DNA of 64,000 bases. Source: Alphaproteobacteria bacterium. GTDB lineage: Bacteria; Pseudomonadota; Alphaproteobacteria; 16-39-46; JABJFC01. Position numbers and translations under genes: made by a program. The DNA lies in assembly GCA_018662925.1 (NCBI GenBank), contig JABJFC010000063.1, positions 3,826 to 67,825 of the forward strand, given 5' to 3'. The notes beneath the pieces were generated by a model. The model had not been told where the DNA came from. It did no database searches and saw only the letters and a list, made by a program, of their open reading frames with translations. Numbering within the stretch: position 1 is the first letter of the stretch; each line of letters begins with the position of its first letter. Positions 1 to 12,375 of the stretch are shown here, piece by piece.

Positions 1-1
1 T

Positions 2-376
2 ATACGAGAGCCAAAAGGAAAAAGGAAAATCACCCTTTTAGCAACGGGATCTGAAGTAGAGATTGCGGTAAAAGCCAAAGAAATACTGGAACGAGAGAAA
101 CTTCCAACAACGGTTGTCTCCATGCCGTGTTGGGAGGCTTTTGAGGGCCAAACGGACGCGTATAAAGCTAGCATTCTAGGACCTAGAGAAAGCCGATTTG
201 CCATCGAAGCGGCTTCTACTTTTGGCTGGGAGAAATTTGTGGAAAGCGACCAAAATATTATAGGTCTCACAGACTTTGGGGCCTCTGGAAAGGCGTCAGA
301 CGTATATGAGCACTTTGGCATAACCCCAGAAGCCATTGTAAAACGGGTGCTACATAAACTTTCATTGAATAAGTAA
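2..376 (+). CDS. tkt: Transketolase, C-terminal fragment (5' end outside window)
   Basis: Frame open from window edge. Translation ...LLATGSEVEIAVKAKEILEREKLPTTVVSMPCWEAFEGQTDAYKASILGP...GASGKASDVYEHFGITPEAIVKRV matches the transketolase C-terminal domain. Followed directly by gap, the classic tkt-gap arrangement. Confidence 0.8.
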   Translation: MREPKGKRKITLLATGSEVEIAVKAKEILEREKLPTTVVSMPCWEAFEGQTDAYKASILGPRESRFAIEAASTFGWEKFVESDQNIIGLTDFGASGKASDVYEHFGITPEAIVKRVLHKLSLNK

Positions 377-385
377 GGAGGCGGC

Positions 386-1396
386 ATGGCAATACGAGTT
401 GCAATAAACGGGTTTGGTCGTATAGGACGTCTCGTCCTTCGTGCCTTCCTTGAGTCTTCTAAAACGGATATTGAAATTGTTGCAATTAATGATTTAGGGT
501 CCCTTGAGACCAATGTACATCTTTTTCAGTATGATTCAGTTCATGGGCGCTACGACAAGAAAATAAATATAGCGGCGGATGCTTTTGTCGTCGATGGTCA
601 TGCCATAAAGGTTCTTTCAGAGTCAGATCCTGCTGCTCTGCCGTGGCAGGATTTGGATGTCGATATAGTCTTTGAATGCTCTGGTCGGTTCACCTCACGA
701 GAGAAGGCCGAGCTTCACCTAAAAGCGGGCGCTAAGAAAGTTTTGATTTCTGCTCCTGCCGCTAATGCAGATGCAACCATTGTTTATGGTGTAAATCAAC
801 AAACGCTTCAGCCTGAGGACGTGATTGTCTCTAATGCTTCTTGCACAACAAATTGTCTGGCGCCGATAGCTGACGTATTACAACGAGCGGTGGGCATTCA
901 GAAAGGCTTTATGACGACAATTCATGCGTACACAGGGGATCAAAATTTGGTGGATGGGTATCACCCTATAGATCCAAGACGGGCCCGGGCGTCAGGTCTT
1001 TCTTTGATCCCAACATCTACAGGGGCGGCCAAGGCAGTGGGGCTTGTTTTGCCTGAATTGGCTGGCAAACTTGATGGGACTGCCATTCGTGTTCCAACCC
1101 CCAATGTATCTGTCGTCGATTTTACCTTTGTCTCGTCAAAGAAAACGTCTCCTTCTGAAATCAACGATGCCATCATAACAGCCTCGAAAAAGCCCCAATT
1201 TAGAGGGATTCTAGAGACGAACGAGTTACCTCTGGTATCCATAGACTTTAATCATTGTGCCGCGAGTTCGATTTTTGATTTGACGCAAACACAAGTCGTT
1301 CAAGGGGACTTTTGTCGCGTGCTTGCATGGTATGATAACGAATGGGGATTTTCTAACCGTATGTTGCAAACAGCAGCCGTCATGGGGACCCTTTAA
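386..1396 (+). CDS. gap: Glyceraldehyde-3-phosphate dehydrogenase
   Basis: INGFGRIGR NAD-binding motif, active-site SCTTNCLAP, 336 aa. RBS AAGGAGG 8 nt upstream. Confidence 0.95.
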   Translation: MAIRVAINGFGRIGRLVLRAFLESSKTDIEIVAINDLGSLETNVHLFQYDSVHGRYDKKINIAADAFVVDGHAIKVLSESDPAALPWQDLDVDIVFECSGRFTSREKAELHLKAGAKKVLISAPAANADATIVYGVNQQTLQPEDVIVSNASCTTNCLAPIADVLQRAVGIQKGFMTTIHAYTGDQNLVDGYHPIDPRRARASGLSLIPTSTGAAKAVGLVLPELAGKLDGTAIRVPTPNVSVVDFTFVSSKKTSPSEINDAIITASKKPQFRGILETNELPLVSIDFNHCAASSIFDLTQTQVVQGDFCRVLAWYDNEWGFSNRMLQTAAVMGTL

Positions 1397-1408
1397 GGTA
1401 ATAAAATA

Positions 1409-2107
1409 ATGATCCAGTCAGTTCAAAAATTATCCGAGACACCAAAAATTGAACCAACTGCGGCACTTCGAATAACACAATTATTGTGTTCCAAGATTCT
1501 TCACGATCTGATAGCGCCTGTTGGAAGTAGTCGTTTGGGAGTGGATTTTATCCATAGCCAGAAAGATCTGACCAAGTGTGAAGAATCCATCAACCTTCTT
1601 TCCCAAAGTATTGATAAAATTTCCCATCAATTAACGTTTTATCGAATGATTTTTGGGGAATCTGATCCATTGCCAATGGATCAAGCCCGAAAGGCCGTCG
1701 AAAATTTTCTACAATTAGATGACATGACCATTGAGTGGAAAACAGACACCCTACAAGTAGATGGCATCAAGGAAGCTCACGATTCTTTAATGCAGAAAAT
1801 GATCTTTGGTCTTATCTTGTTCATAAAGGAATCTTCCCATGAAGGGGGAAAGATCATTGTGAGTAGGGAATCAGGGAGCTTTACGGTTCATGGGGAGGCC
1901 TCAATATATTTCATCCAGGATGATGTGCGACAATTTCTTCAGGTAAATTCTTTGGATGAAATTGAGTCGGATAAAGTATCCCTAAAGACAATTTTGGCAC
2001 ATTGTATTTTGTTCTATGGGGCTCTCTTGGGGATATCATTAGCTCTTAAGACAGCTCCTAACCAAGGCGATAAGATAAACTCTATTACATTTACGCTAAC
2101 TAAATAG
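1409..2107 (+). CDS. chpT: Histidine phosphotransferase ChpT-like (CckA-to-CtrA phosphorelay)
   Basis: 232 aa. Has a HisKA-like helix with the LLCSKILHDLIAPVGSS motif (compare LCHDFISPASAI of Caulobacter ChpT) and a downstream QLTFYRMIFGESD (compare LLQFTRVAFGAS). Sits two genes from ctrA, as in Rhizobiales. Confidence 0.7.
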   Translation: MIQSVQKLSETPKIEPTAALRITQLLCSKILHDLIAPVGSSRLGVDFIHSQKDLTKCEESINLLSQSIDKISHQLTFYRMIFGESDPLPMDQARKAVENFLQLDDMTIEWKTDTLQVDGIKEAHDSLMQKMIFGLILFIKESSHEGGKIIVSRESGSFTVHGEASIYFIQDDVRQFLQVNSLDEIESDKVSLKTILAHCILFYGALLGISLALKTAPNQGDKINSITFTLTK

Positions 2108-2131
2108 AGCTTTCACCCGCCTTTATCTCCC

Positions 2132-3061
2132 TCATACCTGTACAATATATTCCCAAAACTGATTTAAATGATGCCTTGCTTTAAGGACGTTGTGCTTTTT
2201 CTTGTGTTGGGGACCTGTATTTGATTGAGCGTAGGCCCAAATGGAAGAATAGAGGCCGTAGAGGGCGCATGTGTACATAAGTTCCCGTCGTTCATTCTCA
2301 GTGAATGTCTCAAAATACTGATTGATAACACTGACAATTTGTTCTGCGTTGAGTTCGTCGGCAATAAACAGGCCGGCCAAATCATTATACTCCCCTCCCC
2401 AATCGGCGTATTCCCAGTCTATAAGCCACATTTTTTTTCCATCATATATAAGATTGCGTGCCAAAAAGTCGTTGTGGGCAGGGAATTGGAACTTCTTAAG
2501 GGGCATGCTGGCATGGAGGGATGTTGCTGCCGTAAATGCAGCTCTTATCTTTTCCATATCGTCACTGTGGAGCTGCTTCATTTGCTTTAACAGAGCATTT
2601 ATGGCTCCCAGCAGATCGTCCCCAATTCTGTGGTACTTGACTCGCTTCAAAGTATTTTTCTCTTGGATAATGTGTACGGCCAGCTTGAGGAGTTTAGGGT
2701 CCTTAAGATCCTGCCGCTCAAGTGATAAGCCCTTTATATACTCGCTGACGAGAATGCCTTTGTCTGGTGATGCAAAGTGGAGTTTAGGGGAGAAGCCTTT
2801 TGTGCTCCCATATTGATGGAACATGAGTTCCTTTTTTCTGTCTATATGTAGTCTAGAGGGAAAAGGGGTGCCGTATCTTAGAGCATATGTTTTTCCATCT
2901 CTATTCAGCTTGTAGGTTTCATTGGTGCTTCCCTTCTCAATCCTTTGGATTTCTGAAGGGTCTAGTTTCATCACATAGTTTCCCCACTCCGTGGGAGGGC
3001 TTGTGTCTGGTAGAGAGAATTCAACCAGTACTAAAATTAGGAAGGCTAAGAACTTGATCAT
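2132..3061 (-). CDS. Phosphotransferase, APH/choline-ethanolamine kinase family
   Basis: Brenner motif HNDFLARNLIYD and a downstream IDWEYADWG (DxEY) typical of the choline kinase/APH fold. The first ~30 aa are hydrophobic (MIKFLAFLILVLVEFSL), so it could be a signal/anchor or an over-extended ORF. An alternative start at M31 would be 2971. Confidence 0.7.
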   Translation of the reverse strand: MIKFLAFLILVLVEFSLPDTSPPTEWGNYVMKLDPSEIQRIEKGSTNETYKLNRDGKTYALRYGTPFPSRLHIDRKKELMFHQYGSTKGFSPKLHFASPDKGILVSEYIKGLSLERQDLKDPKLLKLAVHIIQEKNTLKRVKYHRIGDDLLGAINALLKQMKQLHSDDMEKIRAAFTAATSLHASMPLKKFQFPAHNDFLARNLIYDGKKMWLIDWEYADWGGEYNDLAGLFIADELNAEQIVSVINQYFETFTENERRELMYTCALYGLYSSIWAYAQSNTGPQHKKKHNVLKARHHLNQFWEYIVQV

Positions 3062-3069
3062 ACCTGGGA

Positions 3070-3774
3070 TTATGCAGGCAGGTTTTTAGATTTTAGGATG
3101 GGATGTTCCTTGAAGATATATCCCCGTCCCCAAACTGTAACGATATAGTTATGCCCACCGCTCATCTTCGCTAATTTTTTACGTAATTTACAGATGAAGA
3201 CATCAATAATCTTAAGGTGCGGCTCATCAACGCCTCCGTATAAATGGCTCAGGAAAACTTCCTTCGTCAATGTAGTTCCTTTGCGAAGAATTAAGAGCTC
3301 GAGGGTGGCGTACTCTTTTGTCGTAAGGACAATAGGCTTTCCATCATAAAATGCCGTTTGTGCTTGAAGATCGAGAGAAAGTTTTCCCATGCTTATAATG
3401 GGCTTTTCATATCCTTTATCACGCCGAATAAGGGCGTTTACACGCGCTAATAGCTCTTCCTTATGGAAAGGTTTCGTCAGGTAATCATCCGCCCCGAATC
3501 CCAACCCTTTGACTTTATTAGATATTTGAGACAGTCCGGATAGGATCAAAACGGGTGCTCTAATTCTTTTTAGCCGCAAGCGCTGGAGAACTTCGTAACC
3601 GTCAATATCAGGGAGCATAATATCGAGAATGATGAGATCGTAGTCATATATATGCCCTATCTGGAGCCCCTCTTCTCCGAGACGAACGCAGTCAACAACA
3701 AATCCTTCTTCTTTGAGGATTAATTGCAAATTTTTTGCCGCCAGTTTGTCATCTTCTATTAGAAGAATTCTCAT
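3070..3774 (-). CDS. ctrA: Cell-cycle master response regulator CtrA (OmpR family)
   Basis: 234 aa. Receiver domain MRILLIEDD...[10 protein letters not shown]. The C-terminal winged helix [53 protein letters not shown] is near-identical to the CtrA signature. Confidence 0.9.
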   Translation of the reverse strand: MRILLIEDDKLAAKNLQLILKEEGFVVDCVRLGEEGLQIGHIYDYDLIILDIMLPDIDGYEVLQRLRLKRIRAPVLILSGLSQISNKVKGLGFGADDYLTKPFHKEELLARVNALIRRDKGYEKPIISMGKLSLDLQAQTAFYDGKPIVLTTKEYATLELLILRKGTTLTKEVFLSHLYGGVDEPHLKIIDVFICKLRKKLAKMSGGHNYIVTVWGRGYIFKEHPILKSKNLPA

Positions 3775-3965
3775 CCGTTCTGGACCTCCGTCTCAATGCT
3801 TTTTCTTTTCATTTTAACCTTATTTTTACTTTTTTGTAAGTATGTTAGGGAATTGTTAAGAAAAACATATGAATAACAACAGGATACACTTTTATTTTAT
3901 GTTAGGTTTTGCTATATTCAAAGGATTCATAGTTTTCACCCATACTAAATTGACCTTTTAAATCC

Positions 3966-4484
3966 ATGGAAAAAGATAGTAAAAAGAACAGATCCCTTAC
4001 GGATAAAGAAAAAACCCTATGGGAGATTGTTAAAGAATCAATCCAACCTCTTTCTGGTAAGATGTTGGATAAAAGGAAGGTAGTGCCTAAAGTAAGTCAA
4101 AAAAAACAGACTGTTTCTCCTGAAATAAAATCGGAAGTTGTTCCTTCAAAAAGGCATGAAAGGGCCTCCTCCTTTGCCATCAACACGCATACTTTGCGAC
4201 AGTTAAAACGTGGAAAACTTTCCTTTGACGCCCAACTAGATCTTCATGGCATGACGCAAGATGCAGCTTTTAGAATGTTGCTTGATTTTGTGGAACGTGC
4301 CTATCAGCAGCAAAAACGTGTCTTGTTGATTATAACAGGGAAAGGGGCAGGGATTTTGCAGAAAAGTTTGCCTCTATGGCTAGAAGATTCAAGGTTCAGC
4401 GGAAAAATTGTTGGCGTACGAACATCCTATCAACAAGACGGTGGAAGCGGCGCCTATTACGTCATTCTCAAAAAGAAGAAATAA
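3966..4484 (+). CDS. Smr-domain protein (DNA-nicking Smr family)
   Basis: C-terminal LDLHGMTQDAAFRMLLDFVERAYQQQKRVLLIITGKG is the Smr motif. Lys-rich N-terminus. Confidence 0.75.
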   Translation: MEKDSKKNRSLTDKEKTLWEIVKESIQPLSGKMLDKRKVVPKVSQKKQTVSPEIKSEVVPSKRHERASSFAINTHTLRQLKRGKLSFDAQLDLHGMTQDAAFRMLLDFVERAYQQQKRVLLIITGKGAGILQKSLPLWLEDSRFSGKIVGVRTSYQQDGGSGAYYVILKKKK

Positions 4485-4504
4485 TCTGAGAGAAGCCTCA
4501 GTGT

Positions 4505-5581
4505 CTATATGTCCAAGAATAATCGATCAGGATTCTCAATTGAATCTTTTAAGTGTACCAGGAATGAAACCGCTTCTTTCCCGTCAATAATACGATGGTC
4601 ATAAGTAAGCGCTAGGTACATCATTGGGCGTATTTGGACTTGCCCGTCAATAGCCACGGGCCTTTCTTCTATTTTATGAAGGCCAAGAATAGCAGATTGA
4701 GGGGGATTTAAAATGGGCGTAGAGAGAAGGGATCCAAATACGCCTCCATTCGTGATTGTAAAGGTACCTTTGCTTAGATCTTCAATTGTAAGCTTATTTT
4801 CACGAGCTTTTCCTGCGAGGGCAGCTATTTCTTTTTCTACATCTGCTAAACTAAGGGTATCCGCATCACGGACAACGGGGACGACTAACCCTTTATCTAA
4901 GCTGACGGCAATGCCGATGTTGTAGTAGTTCTTATAGATAATATCTTCGTTTTCCACTTCCGCATTAATAACTGGAAACTCCTTTAAGGCGCGGACGGTA
5001 GCCTTTGTAAAAAAGGACATAAGGCCCAATTTAATGCCATACTTTTCTTCGAATATTTCCTTGTATTTTTTGCGAAGTCTCATGACAGCGGACATGTCTA
5101 CTTCGCTAAAGCTGGTGAGCATAGCGGCGGTATTTTGAGACGCCTTCATACGCTCGGCAATGCGCTTGCGCAAGGTAGTCATAGGAACTCGTTCTTCACG
5201 ATCTTTGTCTAATTTTCGGGGGGTCGAAGCACCTTTTTCCGCCCCTTTGGGAGGCTCTACAGAAGCACTCTTCTTTGACTTATTATCGTTTGTTTTGGAG
5301 GAGCTTTTTTTTGATTGGGAGGCCTTTTTTTGCTTAGAGGATGATTTTTTACCCCTATCAACATTTCCCAATATACTTCCGATTTCAACAGTTTCTCCTT
5401 CTTGTACAAGGATGTTGGTAAGGGTTCCAGATTGGGGAGCCATCACTTCTACAGAAACTTTATCAGTTTCCAACTCTAATACAGCCTCATCTTCTTCAAC
5501 AGTATCTCCTTCTGCCTTCATCCATCGGGCAACCGTTGCCTCTGTTATAGATTCGCCGAGAGCTGGGACCTTAATTTCCAT
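4505..5581 (-). CDS. sucB: Dihydrolipoamide succinyltransferase (2-oxoglutarate dehydrogenase E2)
   Basis: N-terminal lipoyl domain ([20 protein letters not shown]...LELETDKVS) and C-terminal catalytic [11 protein letters not shown]. Sits immediately downstream of sucA. Confidence 0.9.
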   Translation of the reverse strand: MEIKVPALGESITEATVARWMKAEGDTVEEDEAVLELETDKVSVEVMAPQSGTLTNILVQEGETVEIGSILGNVDRGKKSSSKQKKASQSKKSSSKTNDNKSKKSASVEPPKGAEKGASTPRKLDKDREERVPMTTLRKRIAERMKASQNTAAMLTSFSEVDMSAVMRLRKKYKEIFEEKYGIKLGLMSFFTKATVRALKEFPVINAEVENEDIIYKNYYNIGIAVSLDKGLVVPVVRDADTLSLADVEKEIAALAGKARENKLTIEDLSKGTFTITNGGVFGSLLSTPILNPPQSAILGLHKIEERPVAIDGQVQIRPMMYLALTYDHRIIDGKEAVSFLVHLKDSIENPDRLFLDI

Positions 5582-5582
5582 T

Positions 5583-8480
5583 CTATTTTTCCTTTAGTCT
5601 TTGTTTGTTCGTCCTCTTTGATTTTGAGGAAGAGAGCGCTTCATCGAAAACTAACGCATTGTTTGCGATGGTTCTTTGTTCTTCAAGATGTTTTTGCATG
5701 AGTCCTGTTGCTGGGGAAGCTGCTTCAGGGCGTCCCACATATACAGGACGTTTTTCTTTCATGTTTGCAGCATTCATAACCTTCTCAAGACGGCGGTCAA
5801 TATATGTCCATGCTCCCATATTTTGCGGCTCTTCTTGACACCAAACCACCTGCGCTTGGGGTGATTCTTTGAGATGTTTTGTCAAAAGTTCATTGGGGAA
5901 CGGATACAACTGTTCAACACGAATGATGGCAATATCTTGCAGACCACGCTCGTGAATTCCTTCCTCCAAATCATAGTAGACTTTTCCTGAGCATAGGATG
6001 ATTCTCCTTACATCTTTTTTGGCTGTTTTTGCCAGTGTGTCAGGATAAATGCGTTCAAAGCTAGTATCTTTGGCCATTTCTTGAATTGTGGATTTCGCAC
6101 TTTTATGGCGGAGTAGAGATTTTGGCGTCATAAGGACCAAGGGTTTCCGAAACTTTCGGCGGACCTGACGTCGAAGAACATGAAAGTAATTAGCTGGTGT
6201 TGAACAATTGATCACCTGAATATTATCTTCGGCGCAGAGTTGGAGAAAGCGCTCTAGTCGAGCAGAAGAATGTTCGGGCCCCTGACCCTCATAGCCGTGG
6301 GGAAGAAGCATGACAAGCCCTGACATACGAAACCACTTTCTTTCACCAGATGAGATAAACTGATCGATGATCAACTGTGCTCCATTTGAAAAATCACCGA
6401 ATTGTGCTTCCCAAAGAGTGAGCGAATGAGGATTTGACGAACTATAACCATACTCAAAACCCAAGACAGAAGCTTCGGCAAGAGGACTATCAACGATTTC
6501 AATATGAGCTTGAGATTTTTGAATGTGATTTAAGGGGACATACTCTTCTTCTGTTTGTTGATCTATGAGAACGGCGTGACGCTGGGAAAAGGTCCCACGA
6601 GCACTATCTTGTCCGCTTAAGCGGATAGGGGTGTTCTCACAAAGCAAAGTTCCAAAGGCTAACGCTTCAGCCATTGACCAATCAATAGCTGTTCCCGTAT
6701 CAATAGATGTTTTGCGCTGCTCCAATATACGTTTAAGTTTAGGGTGAAAGTGAATATCTGTTGGCTCTCTTGAAATCGCGTGCCCCACTTTTCTAAGCAA
6801 CTCCAGGGGGACAGCTGTTTCTCCTCGTGTTTTCGTAAATTCCTTTGAGGCGCTTTCCAAATGTGACCATTCACCCTTGAGCCAATCTAAGCCCTTTGAT
6901 TCAAGTTTTGTCGCTTCTTTAAAAGCCTTGTCGAATTTCTGGGAGTTTTTTTCGTCATATTGAGAAATTTCTGCTGTGGAGATGGTGCTATCTGCTCGTA
7001 GTTTCTCCTCGTAAATTTCTCTCACGGAGGGATGTTTCGCGATGGCCTTGTACATGAGAGGTTGTGTAAAGGAAGGTTCGTCGGCCTCGTTATGCCCAAA
7101 GCGCCTGTAGCAAAACATATCTATGATGACATCTTTCTTAAAATGATGGCGAAACTCTGCTGCAAGTTGTGCAATGTAGGCGACAGCTTCTGGATCATCC
7201 CCATTTACGTGAAATATAGGGGCCTGAATACCCTTAGCTATATCAGAACTGTATGGAGAGGATCGAGATTTCGATGGGCAAGTGGTGAATCCAATCTGGT
7301 TGTTTATAATAAGATGAAGAGTTCCCCCTGTTCGGTAGCCATTGAGTTCAGAAAGATCTAAGGTCTCAGCGACAAGTCCTTGTCCTGCGAAGGCCGCATC
7401 CCCATGTATAAGTAATCCGGTTGTTTTGCTGCGTTCTAGGTCCCTGGACATAAACTGCTTACCACGTACTTTCCCCATTACCACTGGATCAACGGCTTCC
7501 AAGTGGGAAGGATTTGCTGTTAGGGAAAGATGCATTTTATGATCACCAAACTTTCGATCTGATGAAGTTCCAAGGTGATATTTAACGTCTCCAGATCCTT
7601 GTACAAAATGGGCATGATTGCCGTTCCCGTGGAATTCAGAGATAATCTCAACAATAGGCTTGTTTAAAATATTTGCCAGGACATTCAGACGTCCTCTGTG
7701 AGCCATCCCAAGAACGGCACTTTCTATCCCCAATTCTGCGGATCTTTCTAAGTATACTTCCAGGAGAGGAATAAGGCTTTCCGCACCATCAAGGCCAAAT
7801 CTTTTAGTGCCGACAAACTTTTTGTGCAGGAACTTTTCCAATGACTGAGAGTCTATAATGCTTTGAAGAATCTTCTTTTTTTGTTCCGAATTTAAAAAGT
7901 TGCGGGAATCTGTATTTTCAATTCGTTCTTGAATCCAGCTTTTCTGTGCGGGACTTTGAATATGCAAGAATTCAATGCCTACGGAAGCACAGTAGGTTTG
8001 TTCTAGAATACCCAGAATTTCTCTTAGAGTTGCTGTTTTGCGGCCGAGCATATTATCTATATATATTTCTCGGTCATAATCCTGTTCTGTGAAGCCATAG
8101 TTCTGTGGGTCTAATTCTGAATGATGTTCGGGCTTGCTTAAACCCAGAGGATCAAGCTGAGCGTAGAGGTGTCCTCGGACGCGATAGGCTCTGATCATCA
8201 TGCTTGCGCGAATAGAATCTAGAGTAGCTTGGGAAACCACGCTCGTTTCTGTTTTTGAGGGGGCTTTTTGAAGAGTTGTGGATTTTGATGAAGATGGTCT
8301 TTGGGGATGGGTAAGTGTGGGTGTTTGCCCTTTTTGAGGAGGTCCCATTTTCTTAAAAAAAGGCAGCCATTCAGACGGGATTGAATCATTCCCATTCAAA
8401 TACTGATGATAAAGTTTTTCAATGAATTCAGCATTTTGTGAGTACAAGAATTCATTTTCATCGAACGACATGCTTTCCAC
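5583..8480 (-). CDS. sucA: 2-oxoglutarate dehydrogenase E1 component
   Basis: 965 aa with the thiamine-diphosphate E1o family signature. Lies between sucD and sucB. Confidence 0.95.
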   Translation of the reverse strand: MESMSFDENEFLYSQNAEFIEKLYHQYLNGNDSIPSEWLPFFKKMGPPQKGQTPTLTHPQRPSSSKSTTLQKAPSKTETSVVSQATLDSIRASMMIRAYRVRGHLYAQLDPLGLSKPEHHSELDPQNYGFTEQDYDREIYIDNMLGRKTATLREILGILEQTYCASVGIEFLHIQSPAQKSWIQERIENTDSRNFLNSEQKKKILQSIIDSQSLEKFLHKKFVGTKRFGLDGAESLIPLLEVYLERSAELGIESAVLGMAHRGRLNVLANILNKPIVEIISEFHGNGNHAHFVQGSGDVKYHLGTSSDRKFGDHKMHLSLTANPSHLEAVDPVVMGKVRGKQFMSRDLERSKTTGLLIHGDAAFAGQGLVAETLDLSELNGYRTGGTLHLIINNQIGFTTCPSKSRSSPYSSDIAKGIQAPIFHVNGDDPEAVAYIAQLAAEFRHHFKKDVIIDMFCYRRFGHNEADEPSFTQPLMYKAIAKHPSVREIYEEKLRADSTISTAEISQYDEKNSQKFDKAFKEATKLESKGLDWLKGEWSHLESASKEFTKTRGETAVPLELLRKVGHAISREPTDIHFHPKLKRILEQRKTSIDTGTAIDWSMAEALAFGTLLCENTPIRLSGQDSARGTFSQRHAVLIDQQTEEEYVPLNHIQKSQAHIEIVDSPLAEASVLGFEYGYSSSNPHSLTLWEAQFGDFSNGAQLIIDQFISSGERKWFRMSGLVMLLPHGYEGQGPEHSSARLERFLQLCAEDNIQVINCSTPANYFHVLRRQVRRKFRKPLVLMTPKSLLRHKSAKSTIQEMAKDTSFERIYPDTLAKTAKKDVRRIILCSGKVYYDLEEGIHERGLQDIAIIRVEQLYPFPNELLTKHLKESPQAQVVWCQEEPQNMGAWTYIDRRLEKVMNAANMKEKRPVYVGRPEAASPATGLMQKHLEEQRTIANNALVFDEALSSSKSKRTNKQRLKEK

Positions 8481-8537
8481 ACCCTTAATATTTTATTCAT
8501 TTTGCGCTTTTAGGGGACGTATTGCTAGTTTTTTTTA

Positions 8538-9437
8538 CTATCCTGAAGCGGAAGATCGATTGGAGCCTTTGCATACTTCGTAGATGGTTTTGCCCAAAAG
8601 AGCAGGAGATTCAGCGACGATCATTCCCGCTGACTTAAGGGCTTCAATCTTATCAAGAGCTCCGCCACTTGATCCGGAAACAATAGCCCCTGCGTGTCCC
8701 ATACGTCTTCCAGGAGGAGCCGTGATGCCGGCGATAAAAGCAACGAGGGGCTTTTTAACCTTAAGGGATTTATAGTACTCAGCGGCAGCTTCCTCATCGG
8801 AACCACCGATTTCCCCAATAAGCACAACGCCTTCCGTTTTTGGATCCTTAAAGAACAAGTCCAAGCAGTCGATGAAAGACAATCCATGGACGGGATCTCC
8901 TCCAATGCCAACACATGTGGATTGTCCAAGGCCGATTTTAGAAATTTGATCCACGGCTTCATAGGTTAATGTTCCGGAGCGTGAGATTACGCCAATACTA
9001 CCCGGTGTGTGGATGTATCCAGGCATAATGCCAATTTTACATTGTTCTGGCGTAATAATTCCTGGGCAATTTGGCCCAATAAGTCTCGTTTTAGAGCCTT
9101 CAAGTGCCCGTTTTACCTTGACCATATCCAACACGGGAATCCCTTCTGTAATACATGTTACAAGAGGAATTTCGGCATCAATTGCTTCTAAAATAGCATC
9201 CATAGCAAACGGTGCTGGCACGTAAATGACAGAGGCGGTTGCTTTGGTTATGTCAACTGCTTCTTTAACGGTATTGAAAATCGGAAGGCCAAGATGAGTT
9301 TGTCCCCCCTTGCCAGGCGTGACACCTCCAACCATTTTTGTTCCGTAGGCGATGGCTTGTTCTGTATGAAAAGTACCATGGGATCCGGTGATGCCTTGGC
9401 AAAGAACTCGTGTATTTTTATCAACTAAAATAGACAT
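8538..9437 (-). CDS. sucD: Succinyl-CoA synthetase alpha subunit
   Basis: CoA-binding and active-site His region (GHAGAIVSG). Abuts sucC. Confidence 0.95.
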   Translation of the reverse strand: MSILVDKNTRVLCQGITGSHGTFHTEQAIAYGTKMVGGVTPGKGGQTHLGLPIFNTVKEAVDITKATASVIYVPAPFAMDAILEAIDAEIPLVTCITEGIPVLDMVKVKRALEGSKTRLIGPNCPGIITPEQCKIGIMPGYIHTPGSIGVISRSGTLTYEAVDQISKIGLGQSTCVGIGGDPVHGLSFIDCLDLFFKDPKTEGVVLIGEIGGSDEEAAAEYYKSLKVKKPLVAFIAGITAPPGRRMGHAGAIVSGSSGGALDKIEALKSAGMIVAESPALLGKTIYEVCKGSNRSSASG

Positions 9438-10607
9438 TTATGCAGCTTTCTGTGTTTCTTTAACGGCCATTTCTGCGGCCTGACCCAAATTATCAGCCAA
9501 AAGAATTTCCAAACCTGATTTTGACAGGATCTCTTTTCCTTCTTTTACTTTTGTTCCCTCTAAACGAACCACCAATGGAATAGTCAACTCTATCTCTTTT
9601 GCGGCTGCTATAATACCTTCTGCAATAACATCACAGTGCATAATGCCCCCAAAAATATTCACCAAAACGGCTTGGACTCTTTTATCGGACAGGATAATTT
9701 TAAAGGCATTGGTGACCATTTCTTGGCTTGCGCCGCCGCCCACATCCAGGAAATTTGCAGGATTTCCTCCGTAGAGTTGTATGATGTCCATAGTTGCCAT
9801 AGCCAAGCCAGCACCGTTGACCATACAACCAATATTGCCGTCTAATTTCACATAGTTTAACCCTAAATGACTGGCTTTGACCTCTTCAGGATCTTCCTCA
9901 TGTTCATCCCGAAGTTCCAAGAGCTCTTTATGGCGATATAAAGAGTTTTCTTCTAAACTCATCTTGGCATCTCCAGCCACAACTTGACCGTCTTTTGTGA
10001 TGAATACAGGATTAATTTCTATGAGATTTGCATCCAGTTTTATAAACGTTTCATAAACACCTCGGAACAGTCTCATGGCATTTTTTGCGGTATCTCCTTT
10101 GAGCTCGAGAGAGGCTGTCAGGCCTCTAAGATGAAAAGGTTGAAGACCAACTAAAGGATCAATCGTTATTCTAAATATCTTTTCTGGCGTCTTATCGGCG
10201 ACTTCCTCAATATCCATGCCTCCCGCAGAGGATGCCACGAGAACGATACGGCTTTGATCGCGATCAACGAGAATACTGAAGTATATTTCTTGATCAATAT
10301 CGCACGCTTCCTCTACATAAAGCCGCTGAACGACTTTGCCCAGAGGGCCTGTTTGAGGAGTAACGAGAGTTGATCCCAAGAGATTCTCAGCGAAGATGAC
10401 CCCCTCTTCTATGGTGTTGACGAGCTTTACGCCGCCAGCTTTTCCTCTGCCGCCGGCATGAATCTGAGCCTTGATAACCCAAGGGGCTTTTCCAAGATTC
10501 TGGAGGGCCGTTTTTACGTCGCTGGTTGTTATGGCCATTTTCCCTTTTGGAACAGGGACTCCATACTTTGATAAAAGTTCCTTCGCTTGATACTCATGGA
10601 TATTCAT
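9438..10607 (-). CDS. sucC: Succinyl-CoA synthetase beta subunit
   Basis: MNIHEYQAKELL N-terminus, ATP-grasp domain, 389 aa. Confidence 0.95.
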   Translation of the reverse strand: MNIHEYQAKELLSKYGVPVPKGKMAITTSDVKTALQNLGKAPWVIKAQIHAGGRGKAGGVKLVNTIEEGVIFAENLLGSTLVTPQTGPLGKVVQRLYVEEACDIDQEIYFSILVDRDQSRIVLVASSAGGMDIEEVADKTPEKIFRITIDPLVGLQPFHLRGLTASLELKGDTAKNAMRLFRGVYETFIKLDANLIEINPVFITKDGQVVAGDAKMSLEENSLYRHKELLELRDEHEEDPEEVKASHLGLNYVKLDGNIGCMVNGAGLAMATMDIIQLYGGNPANFLDVGGGASQEMVTNAFKIILSDKRVQAVLVNIFGGIMHCDVIAEGIIAAAKEIELTIPLVVRLEGTKVKEGKEILSKSGLEILLADNLGQAAEMAVKETQKAA

Positions 10608-10631
10608 GGATAATTTTCCAGTGGCTTATTT

Positions 10632-11636
<1,005 letters not shown>

Positions 11637-11651
11637 TTAAAAGCGAACTGC

Positions 11652-12314
11652 TTAAAGGGGGGTAAAAATCTTCTCCAAGAATGCTTGGCCAATTTGGAGA
11701 CCTTGACGATCTATGCCGTGCTCCAAACCCTTAATAATTTTCCACTCAGCTGGGATATTATGGCTTTTAAGTTGATCAACGGAATAATGCAAGGTTGATA
11801 CGGGGATAACTTGATCTTGCTCGCCATGCACCAAAGAGACCAAAGGCAGCGGGTTGGCCAAGTGATTAAATATTTTGCCATCGTTAACGACAGCGCCAGA
11901 GTATCCTAGGATACCCCCAAAGGATTTTTTAAGTCCCGATGCAAAAGCCATAACAGTTCCTTGGGAAAAGCCTACTAAGACTATTTTTTCAGGATCAAGG
12001 TCGTATTTACCCATAAGAGATTCTATGTATTTGTCGAGGATGGATGTTGCGAGATGAATTTCTTGGATCATCCCCTTCATATCGTCAGGTGTAAAATTGA
12101 ACCATTGGTAGCCCGATGGATTTGCTTGGCATGGGAAGGGCGCATTTGGAGATGCAAATAAAATGTTTGGGAAAGCTGGGGCCCATTCCTTTCCCAGGGA
12201 CAAAAGATCAGCCCCATTGGCTCCATATCCATGCAGAAAAATGACAGCGCATTCGGGGGTGCCTTTGGATAGTGGTTCCAGAATCGGTCCGGAAAGATTT
12301 TCTAAGGTGTTCAT
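11652..12314 (-). CDS. Alpha/beta hydrolase, phospholipase/carboxylesterase family
   Basis: FLHGYGANGADL and nucleophile elbow GFSQGTVMA. 220 aa. Confidence 0.75.
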   Translation of the reverse strand: MNTLENLSGPILEPLSKGTPECAVIFLHGYGANGADLLSLGKEWAPAFPNILFASPNAPFPCQANPSGYQWFNFTPDDMKGMIQEIHLATSILDKYIESLMGKYDLDPEKIVLVGFSQGTVMAFASGLKKSFGGILGYSGAVVNDGKIFNHLANPLPLVSLVHGEQDQVIPVSTLHYSVDQLKSHNIPAEWKIIKGLEHGIDRQGLQIGQAFLEKIFTPL

Positions 12315-12375
12315 AAAGATTGCTTACTCTGATTTGAGTTTGTTTTCAATGGGAAGGTCACAAAATATTCCGTCG

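Noticed and set aside
3931-3935. GANTC (CcrM methylation) site in the ctrA upstream region
   Set aside because: A 5-mer expected every ~256 bp. Not informative alone.
4487-4502. Weak hairpin CTGAG-AGAAGC-CTCAG between convergent Smr gene and sucB
   Set aside because: 5-bp stem, no U-tract. Too weak to call a terminator.
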